Below are positions 1-12,756 of a stretch of 64,000 nt of DNA, one piece after another. The stretch's first letter is position 1, and each line of letters begins with the position of its first letter. The notes under the pieces were generated by a model that did not search any database, was not told where the DNA came from, and was given only the letters and a program-made list of their open reading frames with translations. The position numbers were made by a program, and so were the translations under genes. Source of the stretch: Geosiphon pyriformis uo1 (lineage: Eukaryota > Fungi > Glomeromycota); NCBI GenBank assembly GCA_016748015.1, contig JAAOMT010000372.1, forward strand, positions 62,001 through 126,000, in the 5' to 3' direction.

Positions 1-324
1 GGTTTTGATGTATTTAGCAATGTTCTTTTCCAAGATAGGCCAATAATAGCAAGCTAAAGTTTTCTGAATTGTCTTTGTTTTTTTAAAGTGTTTAGCTAAT
101 GGGTCAGTATGCATGTTATATATTACAATTTTTCTTTCTTCAAATCTGATAACTCTTTGGAAGTGGTCAGAATCTTTTCTGTTTCTTTTGTATAACTGGT
201 TCTGGTGAATCAAATAGAAATTTGATTGTTTGCACAAATGTTCTCTTTGTTGTTGAGTGTATTTTGGTTGGTATTGTCTTTTACCCAAAAATTCTATTAA
301 GGCAAAGTAGTTGTTCAAGTCCAT
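1..324 (-). pseudogene. C1 integrase ORF, N-terminal part (MDLNNYFALIEF...)
   Basis: ATG at 324-322, 64 nt after the RNase H stop at 391-389; homologous to the MDPKNY/MNLENY integrase starts of family A. Confidence 0.7.
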
Positions 325-388
325 TATTGTGTTTGTTTGTGAAAAAGTTATTAATAATTAAGTTGGTTTGGTTTGAAAAGTTGTACTG

Positions 389-3037
389 TTACTGGATGGT
401 AAGTCTAGAGAGAGCATCAGCGTTTTAATGATTTGCTCTTTTATGGTATTAAATATCATAGTCGAATTCATCCAAGTAGAGTATTTAGCAAGTTATTCAT
501 TTGTGTTCCAGCTTCTTTTTATTGCACAGCCAAACCAAGGCTTGATGATCTGTTACCACTAAGAATTTTGCACCAAAAAGATATTGCTCCCAGTAGCTAA
601 TAGCCCAAACTATTGCTAGATATTCTTGTTCAATAACTGAATAATTTTTTTCTGCTGGTGTAAAAGATCTACTGGCATATGCTATGGCATGTTCTCTGCC
701 ATTTTCATCTTTCTGTGAAAGAACAGTACCAAGTCCATAGCCAGATGTATCAGTGTGTAGGATAAAAGGTTGGTCCAGATTAGGTTGCTTGAGAATTGGT
801 TCAGTAACAAGTTTTTCCTTTAGAATTTTAAAAGCTTTTTGTTGATGAGTGCCCCAATAATAATTGACATTTTTCTTGAGTAGCTGATTAAAAGAAAAGA
901 CAATTTTGAAGAAATCCTTAATAAATTTGTGATAATAAGAGGAAAGAGCATAGTTTAGAAACATTTATTGGTTGTCTAATGTTCTGGATTTTTTCAACTT
1001 TAGCTGGATTAGGGAAAATTCTATCTTTTGTAATAAGATAACCAAGAAACTGAATGGATTGGTGTCCAAAGAAAAATTTGATTGGGTTGATCTTAAGACC
1101 AACATTTCTGAGCAGGTCAAAAATCTTCTGTAAATGTTCAAGGTGTTCATTCCAGGTTTTTGAATATACCATTATGTCATCCAAGTAAACCAGAACAAAG
1201 TTTTTTTTTACTGATTCAAACACTTTATTCATTAGGTATTGAAAAGTAGGAAGAGCATTAGTGAGACCAAAAAACATAACTGTGAATTCATAGGTGCCAT
1301 ACTTGGTAATGAAAACAGTTTTTTTTCTGCTTTCTGGATCCATCTCTACTTGCCAGAATCCAATAATTAAGTTAATAGTTGAGAAGAAAGCAGCACCATT
1401 GAATTTATCTAGCATTGCATCAATTATGGGGAGTAAGTACATGTCTCTTATAATGATAGCATTTAATTGACAGTAGTCAACACAAAAGTGTAGGGTTCCA
1501 CCTTTCTTGAATATCATTATAACTGGGAAAGCCCATTTACTCTTGGTTTCTTGTATGAATCCAAGATCTTTTATTTGGTTTATCTCTTTCTTGATAAACT
1601 TATCATTATGTCAATTGGATTGATAAAGCTTCAAATAGATGGAGTAAGTTTCTTTGGTAGTGATAGTGTGTTGTATTACATGGATTCGTTTAGAAGTATT
1701 ATTTTCTTTTGAGATAACTGGGCTATTTCTAGCCAACAAATTTTTAATGTCCACTTTTCTTTTTTCAGAGGAAGGTTTTCTTTGTTTTACAACTAGTGAT
1801 TGGATTTCAGATGGTTCATTTTCAAAGGACTTCTGAATTTCTTTTAGTTTTTCTCTGAGTATCAAACTAATTGGCTCCCAATCTTTGTAATAGATTAGGC
1901 AGGACTTGTATTTGTCACTAGGAGAATATAAAAATTTATTGCACCAGCACCTGGCACAAAGACTATACTACCAATAGCTGTATTTGGCTTTTTTGCCAGA
2001 TTTTCTGTTAAAGGTTCTTCTGAGAATATTATAGTAGGGCCAGCAGATTAGCTTGCCATTTACCATAATTCTTCTTTGTTAGCTTTAACATTGTCCAGTG
2101 GCTTGCCATTATTGGTAAAGATGATATAAGTAAGTTCAGCAGTTTCTTCTTAATCTTTATTATCTAATTTATCTAATCATTTTTCTTCTTGGTTCTGTTT
2201 GATTGCTGGAGGAGTTGTCCAATGATGGTATTTAATCACAATGGGTTTTTCACTACATCTGATGATTAGCTCACAAAGTTCATAGTCAAGTAGTGCTTTG
2301 GCTTTCTTAAGCCACTTATTACCAACAATAATGGTATATTCTTTTGCTTCAGATATTTCCATATCTGTTTCAATGCTAATACCATTGATACAGACAGGAA
2401 TAGCTTTGGCTATGCCCAGGCCTTTCTTCTTGTTACCATGTATATTGGTTATTGGTCTTGTGGAAGGCTTATCAATTTTTCTGCCAATTGCTTCAAGAAA
2501 GTGTTTGGTAATTACACTAACAGATGATCTACTGTCTAGAATTAGATCAATAAAGTAACCAGCCACTTGGGCTTTACAAATCAAAGGAATAACATTGCTG
2601 TTATTAGCAAGTCCAGCTTGGCAAGGGTGTTTGTTGGTTTTTGGTGTCTTTTTCTTTGGTATTAAAAATTTGCAAAGATCTTTTCTGAACTGTAGATGAG
2701 TCATTAATTGGCCAAATGTAATATAAGCTGGGGTTTCTATGAGATTTTTAACAACAGAATAGGGTCTAGATTTTTGTACAATTTCTGGAGATTTCAACTT
2801 TGGAAGATTTTTAAAAACTTTGGCTTTTGGTGGCTTATTGTTATCAACAGTTGATTTGGATGCTTTATTTGGATCCAGAACAAAATCAACCTTGGCTTTT
2901 TTTTTCTTTTTTGTTAATTCAGAGGTGTTGATTGCTAATTCATCCATATTATGGTTATCATCAGTTAGATTAAAAGCATAAAAGGGGTTTTCTTCTGGTT
3001 GGCTTGCACTCTTACCTTTTGGAGGTGCACCTACTAG
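389..3037 (-). pseudogene. pol: C1 pol (protease, short Cys motif, RT, RNase H), disrupted
   Basis: Aspartic protease, FCVDY, FGLTNA, YLDD, AIAYAS and NADALSR motifs with internal stops and frameshifts. Confidence 0.9.
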
Positions 3038-3043
3038 TTTAAA
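3005..3043 (-). promoter_or_regulatory. Putative -1 ribosomal frameshift signal (T TTA AAC, then TAG, then hairpin)
   Basis: In-frame slippery heptamer at 3043-3037 directly before the gag stop; the -1 frame is open into the protease ORF; TGCAC/GTGCA stem downstream; same heptamer and TAG in C2 at 11011-11020. Confidence 0.7.
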
Positions 3044-4575
3044 GGCTGATAAACAGTAGATTCAACTAAGAGATTCTCTCCAAAGAAATTGATGTTGACA
3101 TGATTAGATCTTTGATTAGAAACATTATTATTGTTGGGTCTGTTATTCTGAGTGTTATTATTTTTAGGAGCTGGAGAGAGCAATGGAGGATTGTTACAGT
3201 CTCTGGAAAAGTATCCAGTTAGTCTACAGCAATAACACACAAGTAGGCCACAATTTTGTTGTCTTTGATATTGTGATTGTTGGGGCTGGTTAAAGTAAGA
3301 TTCAAATCTGGGTTTTTGGAGTTGCTGGTTGTTTCTGACTGCTTGGATTAATGGTTCTAATAGCCGAACAAGGTTAACAGTAAGTTTGTCTATTAATTGT
3401 TTATTAGGGTCTTGAGTATAAGTGGCAAAAAAGATAGCAGCCATTTGTAAAGCTGGAACCATGACAGAAGCAGGAGCAAAAACTGGAAGAGTAGATCCTA
3501 GGTGTATTCTTTGGTTGTCTTTTATTCTCTGAGCAAGTTCAATGGCCATGTCCATTATGGGATTATCTTTCAGAGCCAGGAGGGGCCAAAAAACATATAA
3601 GAGGTCAGTTCTCAATCCTTTTGTGAAGGAATAAATCTTTTGCTCTTCTGTCCAATTTCTATTAAAGTCTATATGCTTAATTAGTTTTCTAATGGCTTTA
3701 ACATATTCAGTTACTATTTTTTCTGGGCCTTGGATTCTTCTTTCCAACTCCATGCGCCATTTGGATATCAAGATAGGAGTTTTAAATTTTGTTTCAAACT
3801 GGGTAGTGAAAAAGGTGTTATCTTCTCCAGCATTTGCTGATATTCATCTAATGATTCTTTGCTGAGCATTGGCATTGGTTTCTTGTAAAAACCAAGTAGT
3901 AGGAGAGCCTTGGAGGTAGCCACCCAATGATTTGGAACTTGTATTCATTATCATATTGGTTTGCTGTGGCAGCTCTCTCAAAATCATTCAATCATTTAAT
4001 TACTCAATTGGATCTTGGACATTACCTCTGAATAATGGTAATAAGATGTTGTTTCTTCACTCTAAAGCAGTCTGTATATTTTGGAGAATGATCAGAATGT
4101 TTTGTTGTAGAGAGTCTTGAGCCATTGATTCAGATGTAACTGTTTGTGTAGAGTGTTCTGATTTACTTGAAAAGAGATCAAAAATAGAAGCAGTTTGATA
4201 GCTTTTTTCTTCTGTTTTAAGAGAAGTTTTAGTTGATTGATGGGCAGCAATCCAAATGTGGATTTGATGATTCAAATATTCAAAATCAGAGGGCTGTTGT
4301 TCAAAGATTGTTGAGTATAAAAGTTGATTAATGCTGTTGTTTTTTTCTTTAAAGTTGTCTTTAAGATAAGCTTGGTTAAAGTAATAAGTTGTATAGACTG
4401 TATAGGTTTCAGTTAAATGCTTATTTAAGAATCAGTTCCAAAAGTCTTGGAATTGTCTGCTGAATTGTTCTTCAATGGAGAAGCAAATTAAGCAGGAGGG
4501 CAAAGGATTGAGTTCAATAAAGTCTAGATCGTTTTTGTTATGTGCTTCAAAGTATTCTTCTGATTGTTGTGGCAG
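3034..4575 (-). pseudogene. gag: C1 gag with upstream N-terminal extension
   Basis: Frame runs through a CLIC-containing region, MAQDSLQQNIL, LPLFRG-QDP capsid-like start and the CCHC knuckle; start approximate. Confidence 0.75.
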
Positions 4576-4622
4576 ATATGAATAATTATCCATACAATAG
4601 AAAACAAAGTGGATTTTGACAA

Positions 4623-4639
4623 CCTTATAGGAAGCACCA
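4623..4639 (-). promoter_or_regulatory. C1 primer-binding site TGGTGCTTCCTATAAGG
   Basis: TGG motif 6 nt inside the LTR end; decayed version of the B2 PBS. Confidence 0.7.
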
Positions 4640-4645
4640 CTTTTA

Positions 4646-5348
4646 TGTTACGAGTTGGAGTAACAAGCTAACAGATAGCAAGAGAAAACAAGATTATAGA
4701 ATGATGAAAAGAATCAAAGGGAATTCAACCTTAAAGAGTGAATTGAATAAGTATGGATTCAATGTATAAGATCAGTCTCATAAAATATCTCAGTTACTAT
4801 ACTTTTCAAAGATAACTGGGGAATCTGAAGATAGAAAGATAGTCCATACTGTCAACAAATAATCACACCTAATATAATTCTATGCCTTACATTAGCACTT
4901 TTAAAATTCAATATTAGGTATCAGATATACTCTTCAGTCACATTTTTATTCAATAATCTTCAAATGCTGCAATTACATGTTTCAGAAAAAGAGTAAAAAA
5001 TAACCAACAAGTAATCTTTTATCCCAAAATGTTTAGATACTTAAAGATAGGAAAAGGAAAATTAGTGATAAGAGAATGATTGAGATAAAAGTTGTTATTT
5101 TATTTTATTTTATTTTTTGATTCTTACATATTTTTCTACAGCTAAGAAATTTATCACTTATATAGCTATCAAAAGTAGTCAATAATCAAGTCAATGATCA
5201 GATCAATGATCAGGTCAATGATTAGGTTAACGATCAGATTATTGATCAGATCAATAATTACTTTTTAAAAATAGAGTGGCTAATTTATATGACATCAGTG
5301 GCTAATACATGTGATAATTAATAAAAAATATAAGTTTCAACCATAATA
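4646..5348 (-). repeat. C1 5' LTR (~703 bp) with a 12-bp tandem repeat (GATCAGGTCAAT-like, ~5178-5258)
   Basis: Terminus ...CTCGTAACA at 4646; the other end is inferred from decayed CATAATA (=CGTAACA) at 5342-5348, where B1 pol homology begins. Confidence 0.65.
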
Positions 5349-8073
5349 ATATAATACCAATAAAACAAAAAGCATATTAAATATTATCTGCCAGTTATGA
5401 GATCATTTATCAAAAAATTAACCATATATTAGACAATAAATTAATTCAACTATTAATGAGTTCATAATTATTATCAGTAATACTTATTTAAAAAAAAATA
5501 AAAAGATTCACTTTTGTGTAAATTTTAAAAAACTTAACAGTATTACTTATAAAAACAGCTATTTAACTTCATAAATTCAAAAATTATTTGATGTTTTTAA
5601 AGGAAAGAAATAGTTTTTTATATTAAACTTAGATAGTAATTACTGGCAAATAGCTATAAATTCAGCTAACAAGAAAAAGGCAGCATTTACTACCAAAAAA
5701 AAAACTTTGAATTTAATGTTATGTTTTTCAGCTTAACCAATATTCCAGCCACTTTTCAACAACTAATGAAAATTGTACATACTAGATTATTATAAAAATC
5801 AGTAGTAGTTTATTTAGATAATACCAATATGTTCTTTAAAACATTTAATAATTATTTTTACCATCTTTAACAAGTGTTTAAAAGATTAATAAAAGCTGAA
5901 ATAAAGCTAAATGCAACCAAATGTTTCTTTGAAAAAACTAAATTTAAGTTTTTGGAACATATTATGAGCAAAAACAGCATTAAAACAGATCCAAACAAAA
6001 TTGAAATAATTAAGAACTTTCTAGTACTAACAAACTTAACAGAACTAAAAGCATTTTTGGGATTTGTTAAATACTATTACTGCTTTATTCAAAACTTTTT
6101 CAAACTGGCTCAACTACTTTACCAGTTCTAAGCTAAGAATACTAAATACAAATAGATTAAAAACCAACAAAAAACTTTTGACATACTGTGAAAAAAGCTT
6201 ATTTAAACTCCAATATTAATTTATTCAAATTATAGCAAACCATTTATTATTATTACTAATACATTAGACCAAGTATTGAAAGCTGTGCTATTACAAAAAA
6301 AAACAGATAAACAAAAACATCCAGTAGTATATGTCAACCAAAGTTTAAGTCTAGCTAAAAAAAACTATAAAATTCTAACACTAAAATATTTAGCTATTTA
6401 TTGGATTATTATAAAATAGAAAAAATACTTGAGTCAAAAGTTTGAAGTATATACTAATTACAAGAAATTAACATCAATATAGAAACAAAAATTTGAAGAT
6501 AATTGTCATACAAGATGAAAAATAAAACTCTTATTATTTAATTATACTGTACACTATAAAAAGAAAAAAAAAATGCTAATGGTTTGTCACAAATAATACA
6601 AATTTAAAAACATTTTAACCCAAAATATAACAAAAAATAAATACACAAAAATATCAACAACTCTAATATTATATTAATATTTAATAGTTTAAGGAGAAAT
6701 TAGCTCAAAAAAAACAAAACTACATAAAACAACAATTAAAATATTTTATTATTTACCAAAATATATTATATTAAAAAAACAGAAAAGATTCAGATCAACC
6801 ACTTAGAGTAATCACAAAACCAAAAAAAGAAATAATATTGTTCAACATATACTCAGATTCAACTACAGAACATTTTTATAAAAAAGCAATCATGAAAAAA
6901 ACCAGAAAAAGATACTGTTTACTATTAATATATTCAGATATTATCTAATATATTCAAAGTTATAATACTTGTCAAAGAAGAAGAAAAACAAGATCCAGTA
7001 AATTATTAAAACCAATTAAAGTGAGACAACTATTTAATTAAATTAAAATTGACTTAATCAGATTATTAACAATAACCAGTAAAAACAACTAATATATAGT
7101 AATAGCTATAGACTATTTATAAAATAGCCAGAAATTAAAACAATTCAAAGAGCAGATACAGAATCTGTAGCAAAATTCATATACCAAGATTTGATTTGTT
7201 AACACAGATGTTTAAAAAAATTGTTATTAGACCAAAAAACTTACTTTGTAAATAAAACATTAACAGAATTAAGTTAAAGATTTGAAATTAAAAAACCATT
7301 ATTATTATCATATTATCTACAGACCAATGGCTTAGTTAAAAAGTTTAATAAAACATTGTGTGAAACAATAGCCAAGATTAACCAAAAAAACCAGAATAAA
7401 TAGGATTTGTTTATATTATCAATATTATTTGCTTATTGAACAATAAAACAAGATACTATACAAGCAATACTATTTGAATTAGTTTATGATAAAACAGCAA
7501 TATTATTAGTTAAAATAAAATTCAATATATATTTAGTTAAACCAATAACAAAAACCAACTTTTAAAAATGTTGCTAAAAAGAACATATGACTTAATAAAA
7601 ACTCTAAAGAACAAAAGACAAAAAGCAGTTAATAACATATAAAAGTTACAAAAAAAACAAAAAAAATGACATAATAACTAGTTATTAGATAAACCAGCTA
7701 AATTCAAGATTAAAAACAAAATACTCTTATATTATACCAAAGCAGAAAAAAATAGAGTGAAAAATTTAATCTCAAATAAAATGGTTCATTTTACATTAAA
7801 GAAATTTTGGAAAATAGAGCATATAAATTAAAATAGAATAACAAAATCTTAGTTAAAACAACACATAGTAATCAAATAAAATTATATTACAATATAGTAT
7901 TATTATTAACCAATAATATTCTATGACTAAAAATATAATGAATACTAGTTCAACTAAATAAAATTTTATGAGATCTAAAAGCAATCATAATTAATGACAC
8001 AAACACATTAAATTAATTTACCAGAACAGTATATAAAAAACATAAGATATACAATAAAAAGCAACAATAAAAG

Positions 8074-8714
8074 ATAGAAATTTCAGACTATATTTACATA
8101 ATGACACAACACTTGTTTTAAGTTATAAATTAAAAACAATTAAACATGAAAATCATTATCAATTATCAAAATATTTGTTATAAAAACACAAAAAGAGAAA
8201 AAAAACAAAAATTACCTTATATTAATGACCAAAAAACCAAATAAAGTACTGATTAGATAAGATTATAGAAAAAATAAAGAACACTTTTAGAAAAATACCA
8301 ATAACTGTTTCAATAAAAAAACTAACAAAAAAAATTAAAAGCTATAGATAAAACAACTTTCAATATCATATTGTTATTATCAATTAGGACAAAAACTGAA
8401 TATTTAGGAATTATATATTAATAAATTTAAAAAAAAATATTTAATTAAGAAATAATACAACAGATTAAAAATTTATCAGAAAAAAAACAAATTCTATACT
8501 ATATATTAAGACAATTTACTAATTACACATCATATTTTAAGATTATCTAAAAATATTACTACATATAAAAATAAAAACAATAACTATTAACCAGTGAAAA
8601 AGAATAAACAACTCATAATTTAAAGACATAAAAACTAAAATCAAACAAATAATATTAAAAAGAAAAGTAATAAACTTAATTCAAAATAAAAATTTAAAAA
8701 AAGCTTAATATTAA
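8074..8714 (+). pseudogene. B1 ORF3 relic
   Basis: Colinear with B3 ORF3 and B2 31369-31998. Confidence 0.65.
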
Positions 8715-8726
8715 AGGAAAAAATAA

Positions 8727-9491
8727 TATTACTTATAGAAAAGAGTACAAGAAAGAAGTAAAAAAAACAGATAATAAAAATAGGCCAATAGAAAAATAAT
8801 ATTTAGCAATGAACTCATTGTTAAAAAATCATGACACATTGTTTAAAAATATGTGAAATTTCATATAATAAGAATTATATATATATAGCAAAAGTATTAG
8901 AAGCAAAAAAAACAAATTAGTTTAAAACAACAATATTTTTTATTTTAAAAGATAGTTTTCTATAATTTAAGTAAAATTATATTAATATTAATAAAATTAT
9001 TTATTATTATCCAATTCATATTATCATTACTTGATTAAAAAATATTAATTATTTTCATATTATCAACACTTTATGTTAATAAAATTCAATATTTAATTAT
9101 ATTGAACCAATAACTTTTGATTATAGTTATTAACAAAATACTAATTTTTTATTTTTTTTTAATTTGTTTTCTTTGTTGTTTATTAATTAATTAAAAAGAT
9201 TAAGTACTAAGCTATTAATATTAAAAATAGTCTGGTAAAAGACTTAAGAACAAAAGTAGAAAACTTAAAGATAACTTATCAAAAGGGCATAATTGCCAGA
9301 ATAAATTAGTTATTACACTAAAAAAAAATTCATAAAAAAAATTATTAATTAAATCTTTGTTTATTATACAAAAAACTCAACAAAAACCTTCAAACTCTAA
9401 AACCTTTAGAAAATATTACTATTTACAGCTATTGAGCACCAAGTTATAAGTTTGTTATTTGTTCTAATACTCTAAATAATTATTTGTAATA
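8727..9491 (+). repeat. B1 3' LTR (decayed termini TATTAC...GTAATA)
   Basis: Follows the PPT relic AAAGGAAAAAATAA; shares GAGCACCAAGTTAT and other blocks with the B2/B3 LTRs. Confidence 0.8.
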
Positions 9492-9714
9492 TTAGATAAA
9501 AACTCTTTAAAAAACTCATTTTAAAAAAATACTCTTCATAATTCTTAAACTCATTTCCTTTACAACCAAACTTTTAGGCCACTTGAAAATCTGAACTTGA
9601 ATTCAAGTTTGAATATAACCTAAAAAACAGAGTACCAAAAAAAAAAATTTTTCAAGCAAATTAGAACTAAAATTTATAACTCTTTCTGTTTAAATATCTG
9701 TAAATCTTCAAAAA

Positions 9715-10480
9715 ATAGCCACATTTTATATTGCAAAATTGACCAATTTTACTAAAAAAGAAAAAAAAGATGCTTATATTTGGATTGAAAAAGCACAAAA
9801 AACAATCCTAATAAATAATTGGAATAAAATCTGTAGTCTTTAAATTTTACTATTTTTTTTAAAAAACACAACTAACTTTTGATATTAGAATTTGGATTCC
9901 AAACTTAATATTTTTGTACAGTTTTAAGATGTATTCTTAGAATATTTCTGTAATTTTAATACTATTATTAAACTTTAAAATAAATTCAGTACTATTAAAC
10001 AACAGTCTAATAAAATAATAATTAAATATTTTGGTAGATTTAATTATGTTTTATAATAGATTAAAGCCATAAAAAACAACTATTACACAGTTTTTCAGAT
10101 CTTTAATTAGTTTATAAAAAGTATTCTAGAATAAATAAAATCACAACACTTAGAAGATCTACTCCAAGCTGTTATATTAGCTTAAAATATTGAGTTAGCT
10201 AAAAAAAAAGCTAATCACAATAAAATAATAAACTTGGTAATAATACCAAAAACTGAAAAACAAAATTACTTAACTCAAAGAAAAATTATCTTAGAAAATA
10301 AAAAGTTATCTTGCCAATACCAAGCTCCAAATACCAAATTAATATTAACTACTATAACAGTAAAACCAAATATTTTTTCAAAATTGTGGCTATTAAAACA
10401 CAAATAGGAACCAACAAAATATATTAACATGTTTTTATTGTTAAAAGTATAAACATATCAAAGCCAAATACCAGTTATTG
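9715..10480 (+). pseudogene. gag: Decayed gag of a further lineage (D)
   Basis: Conceptual translation (I)ATFYIAKLTNFT..KDAYIWIEKA..NNWN resembles B gag MAYAPIAKLDNFTGEEDDA; knuckle relic near 10430-10470. Confidence 0.6.
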
Positions 10481-10609
10481 CAGTTTTATCAAAATTTGCA
10501 AAGAAACAATTCATGAAATCTACTTTTTAATAATTAATACATAATATCTCAGAATTAATATTTAATACCAATTTTATATAGTACAAATCATTTATAATTA
10601 TCAAAAATA

Positions 10610-11737
10610 TAGATCACTATTTTTTTTGCTGCCCAAACTTCAGATCTCAATAAATAATTAATTGATAGACTTATAATCAATCTTGCCTGGCTATTAGAAT
10701 TTTTGACACAAGCAGTAAAAGATAACCAACAACTACAAAGATTCAGATTTAAATCATATTTTAATTCATTTTAGCATTCATTTTATTAAAGACAGTAAAA
10801 TTGTGGTCTATTTATATATTATTATTGTAACTTAACTGAACATTTCTTAAAAAATTGCAACAATTTTTCTTTACTCTTTCCAGTTTCTAGAAACAATAAT
10901 ATTTAGAATAACAGACTTAATAATAATAACACCTCTAATTAAAGACCTAATTATGTCAACATTAATTTTTTTAAAGAGGATTCTTTAGTTAAAGCCACTG
11001 TTTATTAGCTTTTAAACTAGTAAACATATTTCCAAAAAGTGAAAGTACAAGCCAACCAAAAAAAAACCTTTTTTATGCTTTTAATCTAATTGATGATGAT
11101 CATAATATGGATAAACTGACTATTAATCTCTCTAACTTAACAAGAAAGAAAAAAAACAAAGATTGATTTCATCTTAAATCTCAATAAAGTTTTTACATCA
11201 ACTGTTAATAATAATAAGCCACCAAAAGCAAAAATTTTCAAGAACTCTCTAAAGTTAAAACTCTCAAAAATCATACAAAAATTTGATCTCTATTCTGTTA
11301 TTAAAGGTTTTATAAAAACACCAGCTCATATTATCTTTGGCCAGTTAATAACTCATTTACAGTCCAGAAAAAATCTTTACAAATTATTAATTCCAAAAAA
11401 AACACACCAAAAACCAACAAATGTTTTTATCAAACTAGACTTGCTAACAATAACAATATTATTTCTCTAATTTGTAAAGCACAAATGGCTGGTTATTTTA
11501 TTAATTTAATCCTAGACAGTAAATTATCTGTTAGTATTATCACCAAACATTTTCTAAAAATTATTGGTAAAAAAATTAATAAATTTTTAATTAAACCAAT
11601 AACCAATGTGTATGGCAACAAAAAAAAAACTTAATATAACTAAAACTGTTTTTGTTTACATTAATAACATCAACATTAAAACTAACATGAAGATTTCTAA
11701 AGCAAAAAAATACACTATTATTATTGGCAATGAATGG
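10610..11737 (+). pseudogene. Family-C fragment C2 (gag C-terminus, knuckle, frameshift site, protease), interrupted by A1
   Basis: Inverted homolog of about 2310-3445. Confidence 0.8.
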
Positions 11738-12711
11738 TGTTACCAGTAGAATTTTAGCTATTAATTAACATGAAATTATCTTCATAATTTCTATTATTAA
11801 TTAGCATATATTATTATTATTTCAATTATTACTTATTATTTAACCAAATTATCAAATATTATCATTCAATTAATAATCTGATTTGTATCATAGATATTAA
11901 GATGATCAAATTACACAATACCTTGAATCATTTAATATAGTCAAAATTCGCCGAAATTAATAAAAATTGGCCAAAATAATCAATAGTTTATAGAAATAAC
12001 TTGTAGTTCACTAAAATGTATTTTTAATTTACCAAAATTAGAGCAAAGAGAAAAGTACAAGTTTAAAGACTATTACTATAACAAGTTGTATAAAAAAAGA
12101 GCTTCTTTTTTCAAGAAAATATATTTTTCTATAGTATCTTATTATAGTATCTTATTTTAGATATCTTAATTAGAACAAATTATCTTTTACACATCTCAAA
12201 TAAAAATTAAATATTCGAAAACCAAATCTTTTAAATTGTTATACTTGAAATTTTCTTAACACAACTAACATTTTGAAATTGATTAGCTACCAATTTCAGC
12301 AATCTGTTAATGACTTCAGGCCTAAATAAAAAATGTTTCCTTTAACACAATTTTATTTTTTTTACATTTTTTTTATTTTTTTTTATTTTTTTTATTATAA
12401 TCATTAGGGTAGTCTACAGACAAGATTTCTGTAGAAGAGTTGACTTTTACAGCAAAGTAACTACACATTTTTAATAAACTTCCAGATAAGCAATTCCTGG
12501 AAAAAAGTTGATGTTTACTACAATATAACTACACAAAGTAACTGGCATGAAATTGGCTATTCTACTTATAAGCCCAGCAAATCAAATTATAGGAAATAAT
12601 TTGAAGATAAATTCAGTTATTGGAGGTTCAATTGCTTTCAGAAAATGCGAAATTAGCAACAGATAAACAGTAACAATATTCAAAAAAAAAAACTAAAAAC
12701 CTCCAATAACA
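11738..12711 (+). repeat. A1 5' LTR
   Basis: TGTTACCAGTAGAATTTTAGC...CTCCAATAACA followed by a decayed PBS. Confidence 0.9.
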
Positions 12712-12756
12712 TTTAGTACTCTTCTACAGAAATAACACAGCAATAACAACTTCAAA

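Larger units (their letters stand above)
1..5348 (-). mobile_element. Ty3/gypsy LTR retrotransposon C1 (5' LTR, gag, -1 frameshift, PR-RT-RNaseH, start of integrase; runs off the window; no dUTPase)
   Basis: ORFs 3034-3771 (gag, CYCCRLTGYFSRDC knuckle), 2177-2947 (protease ILDSRS), 918-1517 (RT, VYLDD), 497-964 (RNase H). B1 pol resumes at 5349. Confidence 0.9.
5349..9491 (+). mobile_element. Highly decayed family-B element B1, 3' half (RT, RNaseH, integrase, ORF3, 3' LTR)
   Basis: Colinear with B2 from ~28600 to 32898; ORF 5874-6131 (KLNATKCFF); extreme C>T/G>A decay. Confidence 0.85.

Noticed and set aside
5475-5482. CAGTAATA as the C1 LTR terminus
   Set aside because: It aligns with RT coding sequence (S-x-VVLV) of B2; the boundary fits better at 5348
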